Below, one piece after another: positions 35,726 through 41,556 of a stretch of 41,556 nt of DNA. The stretch is from a virus (Duplodnaviria; Heunggongvirae; Uroviricota; Caudoviricetes). A program made the position numbers and the translations under genes. The notes beneath the pieces are model-generated. The model searched no databases. It saw only the letters and a list, made by a program, of their open reading frames with translations, and had not been told where the DNA came from. Every line of letters begins with the position of its first letter. Position 1 is the first letter of the stretch. The DNA is taken from IMG/VR virus record IMGVR_UViG_2802429245_000005. One strand, written 5' to 3'.

Positions 35726-35740
35726 TTACCTATGAGGTGC
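35726..35740. promoter_or_regulatory. Operator-like site TTACCTATGAGGTGC (two mismatches) in immunity region
   Basis: Second site; degenerate right half. Confidence 0.35.
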
Positions 35741-35742
35741 AT

Positions 35743-35757
35743 TTACCTGTTGGGTAA
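35743..35757. promoter_or_regulatory. Palindromic operator-like site TTACCTGTTGGGTAA in immunity region
   Basis: Exact motif; third site, nearest the repressor-like gene. Confidence 0.6.
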
Positions 35758-35812
35758 TATTGCTTTAAATTGAATCATCTACTGATTCATATATGAGGCG
35801 ATTTTCCAGAAA

Positions 35813-36397
35813 ATGAAAAGTATCCAGGACGTCCGCAGGCAAAATCTCAACGACTTGATCGACCGTGAATTCAATGGTGTTCAGACGCGGATGGCAGAAA
35901 AACTTGGAACTCAGGCAAATCTGGTAAACCGCTGGGCTCTTGGCAAGAAGGTTATCGGCGACCAGGTTGCGCGAAAAATTGAAGCTGCCGCCAATAAACC
36001 CCGTAACTGGCTTGATATCGATCGCTCGCTTTCTCAGGAAGGTTTTCAGCCTGTCGGCCCAAGCGACATTGGTCAGCTGGCGGCTCACAACCTGGAACGC
36101 TGGATGAGCGAAAGCCGCGACCTTTCAACACAGGGAAAACTTCACCGCGCATCCGGCGTCGCCCAGGTAACAATCAGCCGCCTGTTAAACAATGAGGTCA
36201 GCGTTTCCATTTCCACCCTGGAGAATGTTGCATCCGCATTCGGGCGTCACGGCTATGAATTACTGATTCACCCGCACGACCCTGCGACCATCAACTATGA
36301 CCGCTCGCGCTACGCATTGTTACCCGAAACCGAGAAAGCAAAGATCGAAAGTTACATTGAATTTGTCATCAACCAGAACGAAAAAAATAAACAATAA
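35813..36397 (+). CDS. Repressor-like protein with two XRE-type HTH domains (candidate lysogeny repressor)
   Basis: 194 aa with two HTH-like segments and no S24 peptidase domain. Monocistronic: strong terminator at 36418-36444. Operator motifs cluster between it and the cro-like gene. Confidence 0.7.
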   Translation: MKSIQDVRRQNLNDLIDREFNGVQTRMAEKLGTQANLVNRWALGKKVIGDQVARKIEAAANKPRNWLDIDRSLSQEGFQPVGPSDIGQLAAHNLERWMSESRDLSTQGKLHRASGVAQVTISRLLNNEVSVSISTLENVASAFGRHGYELLIHPHDPATINYDRSRYALLPETEKAKIESYIEFVINQNEKNKQ

Positions 36398-36417
36398 AAC
36401 TATAGTTTTCAGCAAGT

Positions 36418-36444
36418 AAGCCGCCTCATGGCGGCTTTTTTATT
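36418..36444 (+). terminator. Rho-independent terminator after the repressor-like gene
   Basis: AAGCCGCC-TCAT-GGCGGCTT followed by TTTTATT. Confidence 0.75.
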
Positions 36445-36454
36445 GCCATCAAGA

Positions 36455-36469
36455 TTACCTTATGGGTAA
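36455..36469. promoter_or_regulatory. Palindromic operator-like site TTACCTTATGGGTAA
   Basis: Exact motif about 20 bp upstream of TTGACA (36489-36494), ahead of the recombination operon. Confidence 0.6.
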
Positions 36470-36488
36470 TTTTTTTAGCTCATATCTA

Positions 36489-36516
36489 TTGACATCAAAC
36501 CAAATACGCATAATCA
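36489..36516 (+). promoter_or_regulatory. Sigma70-like promoter candidate for the recombination operon
   Basis: TTGACA at 36489-36494 and -10-like CATAAT (36509-36514) or TAATCA (36511-36516). Spacer length is non-optimal, so assignment is tentative. Confidence 0.4.
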
Positions 36517-36531
36517 TTACCCCAACGGTAA
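36517..36531. promoter_or_regulatory. Palindromic operator-like site TTACCCCAACGGTAA
   Basis: Exact motif immediately downstream of -10-like CATAAT/TAATCA (36509-36516); paired with the site at 36455. Confidence 0.6.
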
Positions 36532-36550
36532 CAGACCGAGGTAACAAATT

Positions 36551-36703
36551 ATGCAGTGGAAAATCATCAACGGTTGGTACTGCGTTACTGCATGCGGATT
36601 CATGAGCTGGAAGTTCCGCACCTTACAGGAAGGCATTAAGTGGGCTTTCGTCAGCAAAGAAGCTCGCGATGTGGCCAACGATAACGAGATATGGGAGGGC
36701 TGA
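36551..36703 (+). CDS. Unannotated small ORF (50 aa)
   Basis: Absent from the supplied ORF track. GAGG 10 nt before ATG at 36551. Sits between the promoter/operator region and the next gene, ending 3 nt before its start. Confidence 0.3.
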   Translation: MQWKIINGWYCVTACGFMSWKFRTLQEGIKWAFVSKEARDVANDNEIWEG

Positions 36704-36705
36704 TA

Positions 36706-37005
36706 ATGAACGTTAATCAGCAGAAAAATCTTCAAAAAATCATGCTGGCATTCGACAAGGACTACCGCCTGTCAGAACAGCTATATGACCGACAAGTTGA
36801 ACTGATTGAGAGCATCCGACTTCATCAACTGTCCTCAACTTTCGACGTTGTAACAGGCAAAGGCGTTCGTCAGGAAGTACTGGAGGCTGCTAAAGACAGC
36901 CCTGAGTTCGAAGAACTGATGGATGCCTACCGGCGCGAGGCAATGGCAATTATCGCCCGCTGGGATCTGGCGGATCAGCTTGATGGACAGAGGGACGCGG
37001 CATGA
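36706..37005 (+). CDS. Small protein of the recombination operon
   Basis: GGGAGGG 7 nt before ATG at 36706 (track start 36691). Stop overlaps the exonuclease start. Confidence 0.5.
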   Translation: MNVNQQKNLQKIMLAFDKDYRLSEQLYDRQVELIESIRLHQLSSTFDVVTGKGVRQEVLEAAKDSPEFEELMDAYRREAMAIIARWDLADQLDGQRDAA

Positions 37006-37823
37006 AAGCGGGAATTTATTTCGACATCAGCAACGAAGACTACCACGCCGGTGACGGCGTGAGTAAATCGCAACTGGACATGGTTGCCAAGAATCCGGCG
37101 CTTCTTAAATGGGTTCAGGCAGCACCAGAAGACGAAGAGAAAAAGTCTGCACTGGATATGGGAACCGCATTGCACTGTCTGCTTCTGGAGCCTGGAGAGT
37201 TCGACAAACGCTTCATTGTTTCACCGAAATTCGAACGTCGGACGAAACAAGGTAAAGCTGACGAAGAGGCATTTCTTCGTGATGTGGCGGATATGGGGAT
37301 TACGGTACTTGATGCCGAGCAGTGGCGGAAACTGGAGCTGATGCGTGATAGCGCAATGGCTCACCCGGCGGCACGCTGGATGCTGGAAGCACCTGGTTAC
37401 TGCGAAGCATCAATGTACTGGAACGATGAAGATACTGGTGAGTTGTGCCGCATTCGTCCAGACAAATGGCTGAACGAGCACAACGTGATCGTCGACGTGA
37501 AAAAGGTTGCAGATATGGACCGTTTTGCACGCCACATCGAGGAATTCCGCTACCACGTGCAGGACGCAATGTACCGCGAAGGCGCAATGAGGGTTACTGG
37601 TCAGCCGCATGGTTTTTTCTTTCTTGCCGTGAGCGAAAGCATTGATTGTGGTCGATATCCGGTACGCGTGTTCGAGCTGGATGCGCCGGATGTCGATGCC
37701 GGGCACGCTCTGTTCCGCCGGGATCTGAATACCTATCACGAATGCCGCATCAACGATGAGTGGGGCGGAGTGGAAATTATTAAACGCCCTGACTGGGCAC
37801 GCAAACAGGATATGTACATATGA
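37002..37823 (+). CDS. PD-(D/E)xK recombination exonuclease (YqaJ/lambda-Exo-like)
   Basis: Acidic/Lys catalytic-type motifs (IVDVKK, D...E.K). Directly upstream of, and overlapping, the RecT-like gene. Confidence 0.7.
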   Translation: MKAGIYFDISNEDYHAGDGVSKSQLDMVAKNPALLKWVQAAPEDEEKKSALDMGTALHCLLLEPGEFDKRFIVSPKFERRTKQGKADEEAFLRDVADMGITVLDAEQWRKLELMRDSAMAHPAARWMLEAPGYCEASMYWNDEDTGELCRIRPDKWLNEHNVIVDVKKVADMDRFARHIEEFRYHVQDAMYREGAMRVTGQPHGFFFLAVSESIDCGRYPVRVFELDAPDVDAGHALFRRDLNTYHECRINDEWGGVEIIKRPDWARKQDMYI

Positions 37824-38761
37824 GCAACGACATCGCAAACATCAATGCACCAGTAGACACAGCAATCGCTGGAACTGCTGCAACTATTTTCAGCCCAGAC
37901 GGCTTGAACCAACTGATGAAATTCGCCGAGGTAATGGCGCAAAGCCGCGTAACGGTACCGGCGCACCTCGCCGGGAAACCAGCTGATTGCATGGCCGTGG
38001 CAATGCAGGCTGCGCAGTGGGGAATGAACCCGTTTGCCGTGGCTCAGAAAACCCATGTTGTGAACGGCACGCTAGGTTATGAAGCCCAATTAGTAAACGC
38101 AGTTATCTCAACGATGTCGCCAACAAAAGATCGCATCAACTACGAGTGGTTCGGGCCGTGGGAACGCGTGATCGGTAAGTTTGTTGAGAAAACATCCAAA
38201 AACGGCAATCCATATATCGCACCAGGCTGGACTCTAAAAGACGAAGAAGGCTGCGGTGTTCGCGTATGGGCAACCATGAAGGGCGAGGATCAACCTCGAG
38301 TGCTTGAGTTAATGCTGTCTCAAGCACAGGTAAGAAACTCCACACTTTGGGCCAGTGATCCGAAACAACAACTCGCATACCTTGCGACAAAACGCTGGTC
38401 TCGCTTGCACTGTCCTGACGTAATCATGGGCGTCTACACACCAGACGAATTACAGGAAACGGCACCGCGCGTTGAGCGAGACATTACTCCGCAAACGACC
38501 ACTGCTGCGGGAATGAACAGTCTGATCAACGCTAAACAAGTGAAAAAGCCTGATGAGCAAACGCGTAAAGCGGATAGCCGTGATCCAGAAGAAATGCTGA
38601 TGGCCTTTACCAGCGCAGCGATGAATTACAGCACTGTCTCCGAACTGGATAAAGCTTACAAATACATTGCACAAAAACTTTCAGATGATGACGAACTGCT
38701 GGCAAAAGCCACCGACGTTTACAGCGTTCGTCGGGAAGAATTAAACGAAACATCTATGTAA
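37820..38761 (+). CDS. recT: RecT-family single-strand annealing protein
   Basis: 313 aa. ATG overlaps the exonuclease stop. Conserved RecT-like core (AQWGMNPFA...TLGYEAQLVNAV). Confidence 0.8.
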   Translation: MSNDIANINAPVDTAIAGTAATIFSPDGLNQLMKFAEVMAQSRVTVPAHLAGKPADCMAVAMQAAQWGMNPFAVAQKTHVVNGTLGYEAQLVNAVISTMSPTKDRINYEWFGPWERVIGKFVEKTSKNGNPYIAPGWTLKDEEGCGVRVWATMKGEDQPRVLELMLSQAQVRNSTLWASDPKQQLAYLATKRWSRLHCPDVIMGVYTPDELQETAPRVERDITPQTTTAAGMNSLINAKQVKKPDEQTRKADSRDPEEMLMAFTSAAMNYSTVSELDKAYKYIAQKLSDDDELLAKATDVYSVRREELNETSM

Positions 38762-38810
38762 CCACCACCGCGGCGCCACGCGCGCCGCACTGCAACCAAG
38801 AGAGGTATTT

Positions 38811-39059
38811 ATGAAAGGTGCATTAGGTAAGAAGGAACTCCTGGCGGTGGTGCCACTGTCATGGAGCACTATCGACCGCATGGAGCGCGCAGGGGAATTT
38901 CCTAAACGCTGGTATATCACTGACAAACGCTGCGCATGGAACCGTGATGAAGTTGAGCGTTGGCTTGATGAACGTCAGGCAGCAAGCCCGGCAGAGTTCC
39001 AGGGTAAAAAGCCTCCTGTTCAGCAACGTGTATATCGTCCTGTGAGCAACGCTGCATGA
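38811..39059 (+). CDS. AlpA-family DNA-binding protein / excisionase-like
   Basis: AGAGAGG RBS. Winged-HTH signature LLAVVPLSWSTIDRMERAGEFPKRWYITDKRCAWNRDEVERWL typical of AlpA/Xis. Confidence 0.7.
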   Translation: MKGALGKKELLAVVPLSWSTIDRMERAGEFPKRWYITDKRCAWNRDEVERWLDERQAASPAEFQGKKPPVQQRVYRPVSNAA

Positions 39060-39172
39060 GTGTGCTGCTAAGGCACTGGAGCAAATGGTCAGGATGGTAC
39101 TTATTCCTGGCCTCTGTTTCAGCATGGCTTTATCTGCTGGCATTAATTTTCAGAGAGGGTTGGATTAAGTGA
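39056..39172 (+). CDS. Unannotated 38-aa single-TM peptide ORF
   Basis: ATG overlaps the AlpA-like stop (ATGA) and its TGA overlaps the GTG of the next gene. Peptide MSVLLRHWSKWSGWYLFLASVSAWLYLLALIFREGWIK. Confidence 0.3.
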   Translation: MSVLLRHWSKWSGWYLFLASVSAWLYLLALIFREGWIK

Positions 39173-39468
39173 AAAAGTTAAGCCGACTTGAAAAATATCA
39201 CATGAACAAGGTTTCAATGCGCAGTCCGTCAAAGATTGTCGCCGTTACTCCTGCGGCGATAGAGATCGAAAAACGCGCGATTGAAAGAGAGAAAAAAGGG
39301 CAGTTCCGCATTGCCGCTCACCTTTGGCTTCAGTGTATGGATGTTGCTTCTGGTGATGTTGAGCGTGCGAGGATCGCGGTTCGCAGGGACCAATGTATCA
39401 CAAAAGGTAACGGCCTTCGCCGTGGCGACTATAGCGGCATAGGATGTTGTGGGGTGGTTTATGACTAA
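39169..39468 (+). CDS. Small regulator-like protein (ANR-like) preceding the methyltransferase
   Basis: GTG start with AGAGAGGG upstream. 99 aa. Family assignment from recalled motif AHLWLQCMDVA only. Confidence 0.5.
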   Translation: MKKLSRLEKYHMNKVSMRSPSKIVAVTPAAIEIEKRAIEREKKGQFRIAAHLWLQCMDVASGDVERARIAVRRDQCITKGNGLRRGDYSGIGCCGVVYD

Positions 39469-40111
39469 GAAATACACACTAATCTATGCAGATCCACCCT
39501 GGGTATACCGGGACAAAGCCGCAGATGGTAATCGCGGTGCCGGTTTTAAATATCCGGTTATGAGTGTGCTGGACATCTGCCGCCTTCCTGTGTGGGATTT
39601 GGCCGATGAAAACTGTCTGTTGGCCATGTGGTGGGTGCCAACACAACCACTCGAAGCACTAAAAGTTGTTGAAGCCTGGGGATTCCGTCTGATGACCATG
39701 AAGGGATTCACGTGGATAAAATGTGGTAGTCGACAACCAGATAAACTGGTTATGGGTATGGGACACATGACTCGCGCCAATAGTGAAGATTGCCTGTTTG
39801 CGGTAAAGGGAAAACTACCTCCGCGCATTAATGCAGGTATCGTTCAGTCATTTACCGCACCGCGGCTTGAGCATTCAAGAAAACCAGATATTGTTCGTGA
39901 AAAACTTGTGCAATTGTTAGGCGATGTTTCTCGCATTGAACTGTTCGCCCGCCAGACGTCTCATGGCTTCGATGTTTGGGGTAATCAGTGCGAAGACCCG
40001 GCAGTGCAACTACACCCTGGATACGCGTTGGATATTGCCGGATTAACAAATGCATTCAGCAATGCTCCGCTGTCACCAACAGACAACCAGGGGCGGGAGC
40101 GTGCAGCATGA
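39461..40111 (+). CDS. MT-A70-family N6-adenine DNA methyltransferase
   Basis: Catalytic DPPW motif in MTKKYTLIYADPPWVY. About 216 aa. Start taken at ATG 39461; the track starts at GTG 39449. Confidence 0.75.
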   Translation: MTKKYTLIYADPPWVYRDKAADGNRGAGFKYPVMSVLDICRLPVWDLADENCLLAMWWVPTQPLEALKVVEAWGFRLMTMKGFTWIKCGSRQPDKLVMGMGHMTRANSEDCLFAVKGKLPPRINAGIVQSFTAPRLEHSRKPDIVREKLVQLLGDVSRIELFARQTSHGFDVWGNQCEDPAVQLHPGYALDIAGLTNAFSNAPLSPTDNQGRERAA

Positions 40112-40302
40112 ACAGGGCATCACCAGCAGATTTAAGGAAATGCCTTGAAACTGCAAACATGCTTGCACACAGCGGGATCAGGTTTGTTCCAATTCCCGCT
40201 GTCACTGATGCTGAATTTGCAACGCTGTCAGCAATATTCGCAGACAAAATTGAATCACTGGCAGCAGAAGCCGAGATGGAAGAAAATCAGCAGAACTATT
40301 AA
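40108..40302 (+). CDS. Small protein downstream of the methyltransferase
   Basis: ATG overlaps the methyltransferase stop (ATGA at 40108-40111). 64 aa. Ends 4 nt before the convergent integrase stop. Confidence 0.45.
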   Translation: MNRASPADLRKCLETANMLAHSGIRFVPIPAVTDAEFATLSAIFADKIESLAAEAEMEENQQNY

Positions 40303-40305
40303 ACG

Positions 40306-41556
40306 TTATTCTCCCGCCATCCACTTCTCAAACTTCGACGGGGAGAACGGAATCAAATCCGTATGCTCCCCGTTAATCCAGGAATCAATCATATCGGCCC
40401 ACTGCTGCAACATGTAGGCGCGCTGTCTGGCGTATTCCGCTTTGTTATATACGGCGCGCACACTTTTCTGCTCATGTGCCAGGGCCTTTTCAATCCAGTC
40501 TGAAGGATAACCAGCCTCATGCAACAACGTACTGGCTGTACGGCGCATATCGTGTACGGTGAAGTCCTGAATATGCTCACCATCTTCATTTATTATTTTC
40601 ACCGTTCTGTCGATCAGAGAGTTCAGCGCGGCATTAGATAATGGCTTCCGGAAGTTGTAACGACCAGGAACCAGATATTCACTTCCACCAGCGCACATCT
40701 GCAACCCGACCAATATATCCTGTGCCTGTTTAGGCAGGTAAATAACGTGCGCCCGGCTTCCCTTCATGCGGTCTGAAGGAATTGTCCATGTCCATTTTTT
40801 AAAATCTATTTCATCCCACGTTGCATTGGTGAATTCGCCTTTACGAACCATGGTGATAAGCACCAGCTTTAAAGCCATTTTCATAGTGCCCATAGCACCA
40901 ATGGCATCCAGCGTGCGGAAGAACAGGCCAACTTCTTCTGGTGTCAGTGTTCGCTCTCGTGGTTTAAATATGGCGATAGACGAAGGTTTAATGTCAGCCG
41001 CAGGATTAAACAAACCATGACCACGGTCATTGGCGTGACGGTATACGCTGCTGATGATCTCCCTGGCCTGCACTGCTGTTGCCCGGCCACCGCGTTCGAC
41101 AATCCGGTCACACAAATCACGAACCATCGATGTGGTAATTTCAGCCATCATTTTGTTGCCAAGAACCGGAAGTATGTCACGGTCGATCACTGCCTTCTTC
41201 ATTGCGCGGGTACTTTCAGCAAGGATGACGTGTTTCATATAACTGTCGGTATGTACCGTAAACGTCTCGGCACCACGAATCTTTTTGATACCGTCACGTT
41301 TAGCCGCAGCCGGTGACTGGCCTGCTTTAAGCAGCTTTTTTGCAGCAATCAGTTCTTCCCGCGCTTCTGCCAGGCTGATACCGTCACGCCCATACTGCCC
41401 GATTACCAGTGTTTCGCGGCGACCGTTGATACGGTAGTCATAGCGAAATGAGACCGTACCTGACGTAAGCACAGCTACATACAGCCCGTCACGATCGGAG
41501 ACTTTGTACAGTTTGTCCTGCGGCTTGAGGTTTTTTAATTTTGTATCGGTAAGCAC
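40306..41556 (-). CDS. int: Tyrosine integrase (P4-like family); 5' end at or beyond the window edge
   Basis: N-terminus (M)LTDTKLKNLKPQDKLYKVSDRDGLYVAV matches the P4-type integrase N-terminal domain. C-terminal catalytic region with HDMRRT and Y. ORF runs to the last base; the first codon in the window is GTG. Confidence 0.85.
   Translation of the reverse strand: MLTDTKLKNLKPQDKLYKVSDRDGLYVAVLTSGTVSFRYDYRINGRRETLVIGQYGRDGISLAEAREELIAAKKLLKAGQSPAAAKRDGIKKIRGAETFTVHTDSYMKHVILAESTRAMKKAVIDRDILPVLGNKMMAEITTSMVRDLCDRIVERGGRATAVQAREIISSVYRHANDRGHGLFNPAADIKPSSIAIFKPRERTLTPEEVGLFFRTLDAIGAMGTMKMALKLVLITMVRKGEFTNATWDEIDFKKWTWTIPSDRMKGSRAHVIYLPKQAQDILVGLQMCAGGSEYLVPGRYNFRKPLSNAALNSLIDRTVKIINEDGEHIQDFTVHDMRRTASTLLHEAGYPSDWIEKALAHEQKSVRAVYNKAEYARQRAYMLQQWADMIDSWINGEHTDLIPFSPSKFEKWMAGE

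Larger units (their letters stand above)
1075..41556. mobile_element. Integrated temperate prophage, podovirus-type (possibly epsilon15/phiV10-like); left junction lies somewhere in 1075-1326, right end continues beyond the window
   Basis: Contiguous phage modules: lysis, tailspike, virion proteins, capsid, portal, terminase, replication, immunity, recombination, integrase. No tail tube, sheath or tape-measure genes. Host-like genes only at 1-1074. Confidence 0.8.

Noticed and set aside
6531-36531. Interpreting TTACC-N5-GGTAA as a host regulator box (LexA, TyrR, IHF, Fis)
   Set aside because: It does not match the LexA box (CTGT-N8-ACAG), TyrR box (TGTAAA-N6-TTTACA) or IHF consensus as I know them; its phage-wide distribution argues for a phage-encoded binder. 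A host factor is not excluded without a database comparison.
36517-36544. Second GGTAAC repeat at 36539-36544 as an additional operator
   Set aside because: The upstream half-site (AACAG) does not match TTACC; treated as a fortuitous half-site overlapping the RBS region.
1-41556. CRISPR arrays, insertion sequences or transposase genes
   Set aside because: I saw no regularly spaced direct repeats with unique spacers and no transposase-like ORF or terminal inverted repeats; the only repeated element is the palindromic operator-like motif.

Overview
The window is almost entirely one integrated temperate phage (about 1.1 kb to the right edge, which cuts the integrase gene), next to two host-looking envelope-protein genes (1-1074). 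Gene order and protein sizes suggest a podovirus-type, possibly epsilon15/phiV10-like, prophage; this is inference from layout only, with no database search. On the minus strand, from 35.7 kb down to 1.3 kb: cro-like regulator, DnaT-domain and lambda-P-like replication genes, small early genes, terminase, a phage tRNA-Arg(UCU), portal, scaffold, major capsid, large internal virion proteins, tailspike, and a lysis cassette (holin candidates, GH19-type endolysin, Rz/Rz1). On the plus strand at the right: a two-HTH repressor-like gene, a recombination module (PD-(D/E)xK exonuclease and RecT), AlpA-like excisionase, MT-A70 methyltransferase, then a P4-type tyrosine integrase on the minus strand. 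The most striking signal is a 15-bp palindrome, TTACC-N5-GGTAA, present in at least 12 exact and 3 near-exact copies, all intergenic, in front of nearly every transcription unit. These include three copies between the divergent cro-like and repressor-like genes, one at the late-operon start, and copies ahead of AT-rich accessory genes. Several operator-controlled accessory genes encode uncharacterised membrane or secreted proteins and are the best candidates for an undescribed exclusion or defence function. All functional calls rest on reading translated ORFs and sequence motifs by eye; none is confirmed by a homology search.
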